Translations under genes and position numbers: made by a program
Part shown: positions 12,601 through 23,800 of the stretch, one piece after another
Position numbering within the stretch: position 1 is the stretch's first letter
Layout: every line of letters starts with the position of its first letter
The notes under the pieces: generated by a model
What the model was told of the DNA's origin: nothing
Database searches by the model: none
Seen by the model: the letters and a program-made list of their open reading frames with translations, nothing else
Virus record (IMG/VR): IMGVR_UViG_3300020463_000051
Location: 1-36,935 of that record
Strand: one strand, 5' to 3'
Origin: a virus
Taxonomy: Duplodnaviria > Caudoviricetes
DNA length: 36,935 nt

Positions 12601-13300
12601 ACGTTGCGTCTTCATCAGCGGTTATAATTCTTTCTTCTACTTTCAAACCAACTTTATAAGATGGACTTGTACCATACTGGTCTAAGATGAGAGTTTGTTC
12701 TGCAACTGTTACAAAGTAACCTCTAACAAAATAAACACCGTTACTAATGTTGGCAGTAGAACCTCTAGAGTTTGAACTAGAGTTTAACAACTGTGCCATT
12801 GGTGTTCCAGCAGCAATAGTTGTAGTTGAATATGTTATATCTTCTTCACAAGTAAATGTCTCACCATCTGTAAATGTGCTTGTTGTATTATCTGTTGCTT
12901 TCTCTAAGTAATTTACATAGAAAGTAATATTGTTTCTAGTAGATGTTGTAGCACTAACTGAAAATAGAATACGTGCACGTACACCAGAAGTAGATCCTTT
13001 TATAATCTTACCATCTAGAGCAGTACGATAGTTTTCTACGTCAAGGTTGAGGTAACTGTTCTGGATAAGAAGACAAGGAACGTCGTTGTTCAGTGTTATT
13101 CCACCAGGCACCACCATGGAACCTTCTTTGTATACTCCTTGACCAAACGTGTCAATTTGATTCTGCAGCAAACTCTGCAAAGTAGTTAGTTCTCTTGCCT
13201 GTACTGGATAGCCAGGTTTGAACAATACTTTTAGGAACCCTTTTGCCGAATCAAAGTCGTCATAATAGGGAGCTATATTCAGATTAGTATTCTGTGCCAT
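6608..13300 (-). CDS. VrlC-like / DUF4815-type large virion (baseplate-associated) protein, 2230 aa
   Basis: N-terminus MAQNTNLNIAPYYDDFD...KVLFKPGYPVQARELTTLQS.LQNQI; internal APGADR and 'LEDRIKTLEYYTQLSLLE...RFKNGFIVDNF'; C-terminus PRIRDFRGIALA. Located immediately after gp8. Confidence 0.9.
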   Translation of the reverse strand: MAQNTNLNIAPYYDDFDSAKGFLKVLFKPGYPVQARELTTLQSLLQNQIDTFGQGVYKEGSMVVPGGITLNNDVPCLLIQNSYLNLDVENYRTALDGKIIKGSTSGVRARILFSVSATTSTRNNITFYVNYLEKATDNTTSTFTDGETFTCEEDITYSTTTIAAGTPMAQLLNSSSNSRGSTANISNGVYFVRGYFVTVAEQTLILDQYGTSPSYKVGLKVEERIITADEDATLYDNAIGSTNFSAPGADRFKINLTLVKKLTTAPNSADFIELLRTNIGKIEKKVERSDLSFINDILATRTKEESGNYYVKKFKLDARESLDDGFNSGVYSSTETTSAGVSPTESEVAIQLSSGCAYVQGYRTERLSTTYKTIDKPRTFDTELNQSLTSDFGNYVFMTNQHQAPTSYETIELRDTLTATPGTPAGTVIGQARAINFSYESGTTNNQSTVYRTNIIDTQFYVKVTTTGSVTWTAGNLLYGATSGAIGYVVSGSGTAGFLYETNGTFVSGEVLKTNNASGGTFATIASSGVLKYGFGDVKSYAFNSGGGTADAVLDVKVALPGSGPIVSSISGSGASQTATITATLSNFASQLRIGDIVEFSNANLAHKCKVTAVTNNFTFNIQKVEAGAGALTNTALTSPVVRTRPEIKDATKKQLLTPLGFSAIKNTNNNNTQNPAGYYRISVNTTVNGSGEASANAGAGLLWKNGADNDDFQVIITSGSGDGDVLGGSDITISGTSANTQTIALTGLSNTGGSDTITIIGTVYSSDRSAKSKTTERMKVLKIDDTTGSAVNNLTTVAGGFGSRVDDSSISLGSADVFKIKAIFESKDANDPVIPNLQYTNLLGTLAIDDVIEGDSSGSRARIVSTTSNYIYFIPVEDDVFTDGETITAPNATLKIQSGGLTTGSTNISSTYELDDGQRDQYYDYSRIVRKAGFAAPTHKILIIFDRFLTTNGASPYTVDSYPTSEYKIIPTYTGSELRDHIDYRPIVPEKLTGSGSQASPYTLNGTKFFDFANRAFTGNETGLPGIGDTTILSLQYYLPRVDKLYISKDSVIQIVKGAPSTRPQAPEDVEDAMLLATLTYSAYVFDVDKDVTIEETNYKRYTFRDIQVLEDRIKTLEYYTQLSLLESETASMEIRDASGLSRFKNGFIVDNFASLATSDTLHPDYRVSVDFEQGYVRPAHYTTQVPLTYSTASQNVTQTDDIITLPYTSAVLIDQPYASAVENVNPFNVFTYVGDIELYPESDNWVDTTSLNPIQGPVVEGNFLTTVREFNADQNGFAPIQWNSWKTTWTGTDTTQNIGSWRNMGGGKGGQQQRRTTTTTSTTTTQQTRTGIRYRVTPVVEQQSLGSRVVSVEHIQFMRSRNIEFVCQKLKPRTKFFAFFDGIALPKKLVTPKVMGVIKDPSTDAQTNNIPFQIGETVHVVKGNGKFRFKARVASPNDTFSINPLDGVDISSTSDYTSNLAFINIDTKSLADQAKGTYYGSPKLNDYLVGETSGAIAKVSNKDMITDKQGNLRGSFFIDAPNVAGNIKFKTGTKLFRLSDSSSNSKVIGVSDSSGEAEFDSSGILQTTQETVISVRNARITSEDQFDARTLVSVTETSADETRWHDPLAQTFLIEDSSLEGGVFLTKIDLFFQQKDAEIPVSIDIRTVENGTPTQTILPFSKVVKQAADVFTSTDASVPTTFTFKAPVFIPYRSEHSMVVTSDSNQFKVFISLLGKDAIDAAHAGEKISEQPYIGVLFKSQNASTWTPSQFEDLMFKMYRAEFTLPTTAAPSKLILENAQLGEQNGGFLNLATNTLKTTSGSDEIRVFHSNHGMQSALNYVKVTGVVSEVADTTINMGSGLTTTGTTLTVTDASQFHTTIGGSSVSGSNFGFLRILGTQEDGSGDEIIAYEGISGNVITINSAGRSHNGTSGSGTGLSHADNAVVQCYNFDGIPLTLVNSTHNSTTGGVISINSPHSYNLKITNKTATTGITGGGSNITVSQNIPWDALTPQIQSQLEPKTSMVTRVLGTSGTSCGPFPSGSSAETSFTKDTTYIDVTVGEENYFGATKVIANELNEINRMNSTKSLTFELNLSSEVSHLSPVIDLTRCSAITHANQYNNIEPTAGIGGECAGNYITKVARLEKSATGLKVMLAANTFTQSKIVVMYKLVPVGYAGNLDELEFRFFNTTGIPDSGNLVPQNDLTTFTDYEYTIEDTDEFDAFQVKVSLLSYNQPYIPRIRDFRGIALA

Positions 13301-14815
13301 TTAGAATTCAATTACTACTTTGAGCTCTTCGTTTTGGTCTGCCGAACGAGTGATCGGGATTCTATTATCAATGTAAAGTATCTCACCTGAGTTTAATTCA
13401 ACTTCCTCATTAGCATAACCGCTATCGAAAGATAAACCTAACTCATACACAGATACACCAATAGTTATCTGTGATAGTGGAACAGATGATGTTCCAAATG
13501 TTGAATCTGGAGTTGCTGTATAGCTATTTGTTCCTGATGTAATTTGATTAGAACCAGTGAACGCTATAACGTTTCCATTTACAGTACCATCAATTGAATC
13601 TTGATAATACTTTAGTACTTTAGTTGTGGAGTCATATGATACTACAAATCCTTTTGCATTTGTAGATGCTTGAGTGATTGTCTCTCCAACTGCGAAGTTA
13701 CCACTAGGAGTTCCCGTTCCACTCTGAGGGAAAATCATTGCTTTAACAGCAGACCTTGTATTTTGACTACAAACTGTTGTAGTGTTGTAATCAGTTGGGT
13801 TTAGTACAAGACCAACTCTTCTGTAAGTCAAGTCATTAGGAAAATCAACGAATGCACTAGTAGTTTCTAACTTACTAGCAAACATTAGACGATATGCACC
13901 TAATTCTCTTACAGCATCAAAACCATGTCCATTATTAGGAGGAAGTACAACGTCAAGATCTGCACTTGAACCATTTCCAATATTAGTAATCAAACTAACG
14001 TCAATGCTTGCAAAACTATATCCAGATCCTGCTTGAGTAATAGTTACTGTAGAAACAGAACCAGAAACAACAGTTACCGTACATAGTGCTTGTGTACCAC
14101 CATTAATATTATAATCACCACGGACAGGAACATTGGTGTAAGTACCATTGTTATAACCAGCACCAGCATTCTCAACAACAATAGTATCGATAGAACCAGC
14201 GTTTGCAGCGGATTGTACAAGACTATTTGATAAGACTGGAATAAATTCAGAAGTAACAAATTTTAGAATGTTGTCAGCATCAATAGTATAAAGATACTTC
14301 CAACGATATGAGTAAACACCAGGACTATCAGATGTTTCAATAATAGTAGTTGATGTACCAGTTGGTTCTACCAAAGAAGGGCGTCCTCTTGGGTAGGTTG
14401 GTGTTTGTCCATTATAAAGACACTTGTAAACATTGAAACTACTGTTCATCACATAAAAGTTACTATCATATAACCTTGATGATCCGTTTGCAGTTGTTTT
14501 TGTTGGTGCATAGTCAGGTTTGTACATTGAGTATGTACGTCCTATTCCACCAGTTGTGTTAACAGGATCTATCCAATCAACTCTAGGAACTACTAATGCA
14601 GTATCAGATATATCTACACGCTTAAACGCAACAGAATCATTATAAGAAGTTCTTGCATACTCAAAACTATCAATAGGTTCTCCTGTGGGAGGTACGTCTG
14701 AGCTACCCCAAGACTTTGCTCTACCTACAAACATGTAGACCTTATTAGCAGCTGTTAAGGTGTTCCTAAAACTCTCTGCAGCGTATATTCTAAATTTGTC
14801 TGTAACTAATGCCAT
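13301..14815 (-). CDS. gp8: Baseplate wedge subunit gp8
   Basis: YMFVGR..W...PP; VVPRVDW; NFYVMNSSFNVYKCLYNG; YRWKYLYTI; SGEILYIDNR.PITRSADQ.EELKVVIEF. Synteny gp25-gp6-gp7-gp8. Confidence 0.92.
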   Translation of the reverse strand: MALVTDKFRIYAAESFRNTLTAANKVYMFVGRAKSWGSSDVPPTGEPIDSFEYARTSYNDSVAFKRVDISDTALVVPRVDWIDPVNTTGGIGRTYSMYKPDYAPTKTTANGSSRLYDSNFYVMNSSFNVYKCLYNGQTPTYPRGRPSLVEPTGTSTTIIETSDSPGVYSYRWKYLYTIDADNILKFVTSEFIPVLSNSLVQSAANAGSIDTIVVENAGAGYNNGTYTNVPVRGDYNINGGTQALCTVTVVSGSVSTVTITQAGSGYSFASIDVSLITNIGNGSSADLDVVLPPNNGHGFDAVRELGAYRLMFASKLETTSAFVDFPNDLTYRRVGLVLNPTDYNTTTVCSQNTRSAVKAMIFPQSGTGTPSGNFAVGETITQASTNAKGFVVSYDSTTKVLKYYQDSIDGTVNGNVIAFTGSNQITSGTNSYTATPDSTFGTSSVPLSQITIGVSVYELGLSFDSGYANEEVELNSGEILYIDNRIPITRSADQNEELKVVIEF

Positions 14816-14836
14816 CGCAATATAAGCTTTATTGGT

Positions 14837-14844
14837 TATTTATA
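14837..14844 (-). promoter_or_regulatory. T4 late promoter TATAAATA upstream of gp8
   Basis: Exact TATAAATA on the minus strand, overlapping the gp7 stop codon, 21 nt before the gp8 ATG. Confidence 0.75.
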
Positions 14845-17800
14845 AGGATCTTAGACGAACTTCTAGGAGAAGACTTACGTTTCCGCTTGTTGTCCTAGAG
14901 AATGGGAACTCAACTGTAAATGTAGTCGCTCCTGTGACGGTAACTATGTAGGTTCCGTCAAAACCTGTTCCACTTGTAAAGTCTAAGTAAATTGTCTGAC
15001 CCGTGGATAAGAAATGATTACTAGATGTTGTCACTGTACATGCAGTTCCACTAGAACTATAAGTTCCAGTTACAACGTTATGTGCTGCTGCGGTTGTTCC
15101 TAAGTATCCTCTACCGTCTGTTGCAACTGTTAAAGTATTACCAGAAGTATCTGATGCACCATACAGAATTCTTTCTGTACACCACACACTATTTACACTA
15201 TCATAAAATGGTATTAAAACTTCTCCTTCAGCAGGGAATCCATTCTTCTGATTAGAATCATACCAAACATTTTGGAGGTTGATTGTAGTTCCAGATTGTG
15301 AGAGTGTTGAAGTCAAGTAACTGGCAGAAAGATTCTTAGAATTAGAAATAATTCTGTTTCTCTCCTTTCTTTGAACTGCTACTGGGTGAGTTGCATTTAC
15401 TGTAGGAATTCCTTGAGTATATCCTGAACCACCATTTAGGTTGATGACGCTAAGAACTTTACCACTACCTTGTTCAATAGTAGTTTCTGCAAATGCACCT
15501 TCACCCCCACCACCTGTGAATACAAGTATTGGTGGAACTTCATAATTTGAACCAGGATTAGTAATAGTAACTTGAGTCACTATACCATTTACAACCGTTG
15601 CAACAAATACTGCAGTTGTTGGTCTCAAACCAGTATACTCATAACTATCAATCGTAATAGAACTAGAAATTTTAGCGATTGATCTATCAGAACCTTCACT
15701 TGCAATTTGTAATCTATCTCCTATATCAAGAGCGTTGAATGTATTACTAATCAATACGTCAGCAGAAGAACCAGTAAAGATGAACATATTACATGTTGAT
15801 CCTGCTCTAGGTGATTCACTGAATTCAATAATAGAACCTGTCAATGAGAATGCTTCACCTGGTTCCTGATATATTCCATTTAAGAATATCAATAAGTTAT
15901 TTTGTGCTTCTACCTCTGGGTTATCAGATTCAAGTGAGAAAGGTTCTGTTTCACTCTTCATAGTAAATGTTTTCTTAGTACTATCAAAGAATGGAGCAAT
16001 ATCATCTAGTAAAGTTAATTTACCAAGATAGTACCCATAGAAGTCCATGCCAGGTATAGGTGCTTCATTAAATGTTATTGTGCTTCCTGTATATGTGTAA
16101 GACTCTGTAGTACCCTTTATCTGGAAAGTACTATTCAAGAAAATTAGGAAGTTATCACTCGCTGGTAGTACTTGTGTACTACCGCCTACTTGTGCAGTAA
16201 ATGTTGTGTCAGTTCCATCGAACGTTACTGTTGCTACCTTAACTTGGAAGTATGGTTGAGCAGCTGAAGTTCTAGTAATTGAATTTAAGTTTCCACTACC
16301 GCCCGCTGTGGTTCCAACCGCAGTAGTAACTATATTCCACAATGTAGAAATAGCAGATGCTGTATCAATACAACATGCTTCTGAATACGATGTGCTTCCT
16401 GAGTCATTACTAATTGTACTATCTGTTGTCTGAGTTCCTACAGTATATGAGTTTGTAGTAACTGTAAGGTTACGCATAACCTGACGACAAATATCTCTAG
16501 CAGCATTGAATACTTCTACAGACTGGTCTTCTTCTCCTGTTAGGTGTACAGTTCCAACGTAGAAACTTGCTGCATCATAAGTTGCATCGTTTCCACCAAA
16601 TTCTATATTGTCAGCAACAGCATCAACAAGAATCTTAGTATCACGAATACATTTGACTTGATAACTGCTAGAGAATCCTGCATTGTTTGCCATCATCCTA
16701 CCATATGCAGTAGTAGCAATGAATTCTTGATTAGTTCTCATGAGACTTGCTGCATCAGCACCTTTGCTGTACTTGTAAACACCATAAGATACAACTGCTC
16801 TTGTGACAGCTGTAGAAGTGGCACTCACAAAGTTGTGTGTTGATGTATCAGATGATACACCTACGAAAACAGTAAATGTATCATTTGTTACAGCATCAAT
16901 AGTGTGCCATGCACCCTCTGATGGATCTCCGACTCTAGGATAGGTGTGTTGTGTAGTATCGTTGTCTAAACCACAAGTGAATGTAAGAGAATTAGTAGCA
17001 AACTGTATTCTATCTCCTTTAATCATTCCGTGAGAAGTCTTAGTCAAGACCATTTCACCTGTGCTTGGTGTGTAAGCAATACCAGTTGGTTGGAACTGAT
17101 AAGTTGATAATCCAACCCATGTATGAGTATCAGTATTTGTAGCAGTAGTTCCGTTTAATGCATTGACTTCAATAGTAGTAGTTGCAACTGCTTCAACAGG
17201 TATATCTCTCATCTTACCTTGTGTACCGAGTGGGTCAGTAGCACGAGGATATGATGCAGTACCACCACCGTTGTAACCACAACTAAACTGTAATGATTCG
17301 TTTGCAATTCTAACTGTGGAGACTGCTTTCTTAATACCATTTGATACTGCGGATACGAATGTATGTGTATCAACGTTGGTAGAAGGAATAGTATCAAGAA
17401 TCTGTACAGTGAATGTATTTGCTGTTACGTCAAATACTTGTAACCATCTGTCAGAAGCATAGTCAGTAGAACGAGGATATGCCTTCTCTGCTGCAGCACC
17501 AGTAGCACCACCAAATGCACAACTGAATGTTATAGAACTGTCTGCAAATTTAACTTGGTCACCATTTACAAATCCATGACTGTTAATAGTTACCACCATC
17601 AAACCTGTATTAGGATCGTATGTTGCTGTGGATGCTGTATGTGTTGTTGGTGCTGATAAACCATGACCAGAACCGATAGTCAATACCATAGAACCTGAAG
17701 CAGGATCGTATGTTCCAGTTGAAGGAATGAAATGCTTAACTAATTGTTCTCCAACACGAGCATCGGAAATACCTAATACATCATTCCCTGTATATCCATT

Positions 17801-20800
17801 TCCTGCAGCGTTTAGTACAACATTACTTACAGCACCACTTGTAACTGTAATATCAGCAGTACCACCTATTCCACTTCCAAGATTATTCTTAAGTGGTATA
17901 TTCGTATATGTTCCATTATCATATCCTGAACCTGGTGTCAATCCAGTAGATACATCGAATGACTTGAGTTCATCTCCTATCTGATCTAACTGGAAACTAC
18001 CTGAGTAACTTGCACGGTCATAGTACATACAAAGAACACTAGTTCCTGAAAGAGGAGGTGTAATAAATGTTATCGCATCATTTGCAAATGTATATGTTGC
18101 TGGATTTGTAACTAATCCATTAGTCATTACTAGCAACTGTGACTTGTTAGCAGTCTTACCAATCTTAGTACCAATCTTAATTGTGTTTGTTCTAAGTAAG
18201 AATGTATCGTTAACACCGTCAATAAAGATTCTAAAGGTATGTCCAACACCAGTTCCTACTGCAGATAAATTAATAGCATTTCCAGCTTCAGTTGTTGCAA
18301 GTTCGATAGTATTTGCATCAACATATCTCACATAGTAGATTCCTGCGTTTGACAATCCACCAATTGGAGCACCAGTTCTATTACTAGGGTAGTTACCTGT
18401 ATTTGATATTGGAAGAGTAGAAGGGTTGTCAATACCATTTGTAATAATACCAGACAATGTAGTGATTGCAGATTTAACGTCTGTACACCCTCCAGAATCG
18501 TTTGTAATGCTTAAGTCAGTCTGTGGGACTATGTTTGTGTATGTACCAACTGGTAGACTGTTTGTTACTGCTAGATTACATAAATCTCTTGCTTTGTTGA
18601 ATGCAAATATTGTCTCTGTTTCTTCACCAGCTATGTGTGCGATGTAGTTTGTTGGATTTGTCCTTGTGACAGTTGATAAACTGTCTGAGTTTATCGCAGT
18701 TGTCACGATATTGAACAAAGTGTCCATAGCACTATCTACAGTTGCACATATTGCTGCATCAAATGTTACACCAGTGTTCTTAACTTGGGTGTATCCATGA
18801 TTTCCTGTGATTGTGACATCTTGATTGATTATGATAGATGCTGCTAGTTCTTTTGCTTTATTAAATGCCCATATTGCCTGTGTCTCTTCATTGTCTAGGT
18901 GTACAGTGTTAACGTATAGATTTGCTGCATCCCACACCTCACTATTTGCACCATATGTTAAGTTGTATGCAATTGCTTCAACAACATCTACAATATCGTC
19001 AATACAGTTCTGATCACCGCCAGGTACACCAGCAAAACCTGATGGAATACCAACTGTTGCATCTTGTAACATTTGATACACTGCCTCAGCAGCAATTAAG
19101 TTCTTATTATCTTTAAGTAAGTTGCCAGCATCAATATATGCATTACCTTGACTCACAACACCACCAACATATGAGTTAGTTGCTGCTAATGTAAAGTAGT
19201 TACCACCATACTTAAGATCATTTGCCCAAGCAGCGATTACAAGTCTAGTATCTCTAGCACATGTTGCTCCACTATAATTTAATGATGGATATGCTGCATT
19301 TAGAGCTCCGATAGTCTCTTCAACAATGTAATCAATATTATTAACAATTAAATCTCTAGCATCTTGGAATCTATCTCCACCAGCACCGTAAACTACACGT
19401 TGTCCAGAAAGCAATCCATGATTAGCAAGTGTAATTCTATTATTAGATGTAGTTACAGCACTAGAAGATGATCCATCAAACGTAATTGTTCTATCACTGA
19501 TATCATCAATCTTATAAACGATACAAGATAATATTTTTTGTATGTCTAAGAGTTGTCTACCAAATATTGCTACTTCAGTTGGTACTGCTGCTGTATAGTC
19601 TGGTTTTGCTAATGCAAAGTTATTGATAGTAGCAAGTTTACCAGTATTTCTAGCAGATGGTTTAGGTGTAACGTATGTTGTACCGTTAAATGTAGTTCCT
19701 ATACTGTTTGTTGTTGGAATCCACCAGTCAGTGGAATTACCAGCATTTAGATTAAGGTTTGACTTAGACTTATAGTCTTTCTTAACTGATTGTGTAATAA
19801 CTTGTGTACCAACTACCTTAAATCCTGCAGGGTGTGCAGCAAACTTAAGTGGATTCTTCCAATCATTGATGTTTATTGAAGATGATACGTCATATGAGAA
19901 TTCTTGGAATCTATCACTGTCATAAACACGCTGTTCATTAAGATCAAGGAATCCAGTGGTTCTTTCCCAACCAGATGCACTGATACTGATAGGAGATACA
20001 TCAAATACTGCATCAGCTCTACTGAATGTGTGAATTTGACCAAATGCTGCAGTCTCTTCACCAAATACAGGTTCTCCAACCTTAAACTCACCAGAAATTA
20101 TCTCAACACTAACAACACGACCAGATGCGTCCCAATTCTTAACAAATCCATATGCAGTGAATGAAGATGTGGAAGCACCTTGATAAATTCTCTCTCCAAC
20201 AGAGAACGTTGCTGGTTTCATGTAAGCATTGATAGTATCGCCAAGGTCAGTTGTTTCCATTGTGAAACTAGTCTGTCCTGTTGATATATCTCCTACAGGA
20301 GCACTCGTAAAGTTGATGAATGTTTCTGTATTCGCATTTGCAAGGGATGATGCTAATCTGATTTGATTATCTGCTAATCCATTTGCTGTAGTTGCTGGAA
20401 TAGCATAATATGTTGTATTAATCGCTAATGGTTCTGGCATTTGACCAGCAGACTCTACAAGATTTAATCTTGTACCCAAAGGTATCTTTGCATTGTATGG
20501 GAAGTTTAATGTGCTGCTAGATTGTAATCCAACCCAAGTATGTGTTACTTTTGCACTTACAGTAGGAGCAGAAGTAAATCCTCTACCTTGATTGTCAACT
20601 GTTACTGCTTGTATCACTTCATTTTCAATAATAGGTGTTAATGAGAATAAAGAACCTTGACCACCAGTAAGTACGATTTCTGGTTGAGATACAAAATTGT
20701 CACCACCATTCACAACATCGATGTAGTCAATAACCTGAGTTCTAACTAACTGCAAGTTGTAAGTTGTGTTTAATGATGGTTTAAGTGTTCTATCGTGAGA

Positions 20801-23800
20801 ATAGTTGTATGTAATATTGTCGCCACTAATCTTAAGTATTTTTCCTAAGTCTGAAGATTTAAGTAGTACAGATGCACCAGTACCTGTCTTCTGCTCAATA
20901 GTAACAATAGGAGGACTTTGGAATTGTATACCAGCTGCTTCTATACCAATAGATGTAACACTCTGGTTTTGTATCGTTGCATTCAATACAGCATTGATTC
21001 CATTACCACCACTTACTGATATTGTTGGGGCAGATAGGAATCCAGAACCACCATTACTTACTGTCACTGTATCAATAGATGCATCAATAATCGTAGATAT
21101 AGTTGCAGGGTCATCATGTGATAGTGTTACAACTGTAATTGTAAAGTCTTCAGTGCTATCACCACCAGCTAACTTAGTACCATCAAAAGTTAGTACATCT
21201 CCTATTCCATATGCACTACCACCACTAGTTTGAGTAACTGTAGAAATTCTTCCGTTACCATCTGTGACAAATGTAAATGTTGCTCCTGCTCCACCAGCGG
21301 GTGAAACAGTGGACTGTGTTACGCCAGTGGTACTTGTGTCTGCGGTAAATGTTCCGTTACCTGCAGGTTGAGACGTAAGTGAGACAGTTGCGACAGAACC
21401 ATAATAAGGATCATCAAATATAATACTTGGTGCAGACCTGTAGTTAGTACCAGGATTAGTAACTGTCACAGAACTTAATTTACCACCACCACTTACAGCA
21501 GTTGCCACAATTGCTTGAGTTCCACTTATTGCTTGGATAGAAGCCTGAGAGTCAGAACTGTATACATTGTTAGTTTCAGCAGTTGCAGTGCTGAACATAA
21601 TATAACCTTTATTACCAGCACCAGTTCTAGTGTTCTGTAAAGGTTTAATTCTTAATACTGATGTAACTGGGTTCCATGTTATAACTTGACCTCTTGCAGT
21701 TTGATTTCCTTGTATTTCTTCCGATATAAGAATTTCATTAGGTACAAATGAACCAAATACGTTTTGTAGAGTCAAATCTACAAAATCAGGTAATGTTACA
21801 ACACCAGTAGGTAATGATGCCTGATTATAACCAGATCCATCATTTGTAATTGCTACAGCGGATAATGTTCCCGAAATAGTCGCTACAGCAGTTGCACCAG
21901 AACCAGACCTTGTAGATCCACTGAATTTTGGTAGAGATGAGTAGTTTCTGCCAGGATCACCAACTGTGATTGTTTTAATACCACCAGTAGCATATATTGA
22001 GTTTGTAGCATATGATACACCAACAGTATATCCTGATTCTGGTTCTAGTGCAGTAATGTACTTAAATGTAGTATCTGTTTTCTCAGACACAATATTAGTT
22101 CCTATTACAGGATCATTCATTGTTGTGAAGTAACTACCAGATACAGTTCCTTGTAAATCAAAATAATAGAAGATACCAGGTAATTCTGTTATCTTAATCG
22201 TAATAGAGTTCTGTTCACTAGTTACGGAGTCTAATATTTCACTAGTAATATTCTTGTAGGTGAATATGTCTGTATTTGATTGATCAAAGGTAAATGCTAA
22301 CTTCTTACTCGCATTACTACTATCTGTAGTATCAAAGGTGTATGAGTGACCATCTATTAACTGTAACTTAGGTTCTTCAACATAAACTTCTGCACTTGTA
22401 ATATTTGCAGCTGCAGGAGTTGCAAAATTACTCTTTACCGTAAATCTACGTAAAGTCTCTGTTCTAACAACTGTATAGTCTGTCTTATTGTAAGACGAAG
22501 GTGATACACCTGAGACATTGACTGTATCGCCAATTCCTAGTTGATGTGCAAGATTAGTATGACCTACTGCTTCTCTTTGTGTCTGTGTAAGGGTTATTGT
22601 GAATCCAGACCCTGCAGGACTTGCTGCATTACCTAAATTGATATTATCTGCAGATATTGTGTCTCCTACGTTATATCCAGTTCCTGCTGTCGTAATAGTT
22701 ACAGAACTTACCGCATTTCCAGAAACGACGATAGTTGCTTGACCACCAAGTCCAGAACCGTTAGTTGATAATGGTACATTAGCATATGTGCCATTTGCAT
22801 AATTGGATCCTCCTGTAATACTACTCCAACCATCTTGATATAGATTTCCGTCTGTACGTAGTCTTACATATGTCCATGTTAAGGTTCCGTCTGTGACAGT
22901 TCCAGAATTGTGTGTAGGTGCATTTCCAGAACTAGAATCTGAAGTTCCTGTAGCTGCTGCCTTATAAACTCTGTTATCTACGTAAACAAGATCCTCTTTA
23001 TTGTACGCAGTGCTCATTGTCCATGCGGAGAGGAGTTTGAAGCTCTGTAAGTCAAAATAATTGAAATGATACTTACTATAGATGACTTTACTCTTTATTG
23101 TTCTAGTATTAGCATTATCAGTCACAGAAACTGTAACTTGGTCACCTACCTTAAGATAATGGTAATTTGATGTGGATATACTAGTAGTAAAGATATCATC
23201 AAATGCAGAAACCGCATTTGTAAGAGATTGTATGGTTACACCCTCCACTGTGGACACACTTCCACTAACTCCGTCTCCACCAGTTCCTGTATTGTCAAAT
23301 AATAGTCTATCGTTTACCTTATACTCTTTTCCACCACCTTCTACAAGATATTCGTCAATTCCTGCTGATGAATATTTGTTTGTTGCGGATACAACAAGAG
23401 AATCTGCTAAACCACCTCTAATAGTAGGATAGTAACTATAGTATCCAATACCATCTTCAAGATACGCTAGATTCTCTCCACTCTCCATTACAATTAATGT
23501 TGTGGTATCTTCCATTGCTAAGAAGAAATCAACTTTGTTATCAAGCTCCTTTCTCTTCGCTGTAATATTGTCCACACCAATAAATGGTTCTCTATAACGA
23601 ACTGCATCTTCTGTGAAGTTTTTCTGCAAACCATTTCCGTTCCAGTTTGTAGAATTTGCTTCTCCGTAGAAATTAGGTCCTACAAAGTATGGGAATGCTG
23701 GTTCTCCTGCAGAACCTTTGATTGTAGCAAAATATGCATACACTCCGTTTGGAAACTCTGGAGTAACGCAGAATCTACCGTTATATTCGTCTAAATCACC

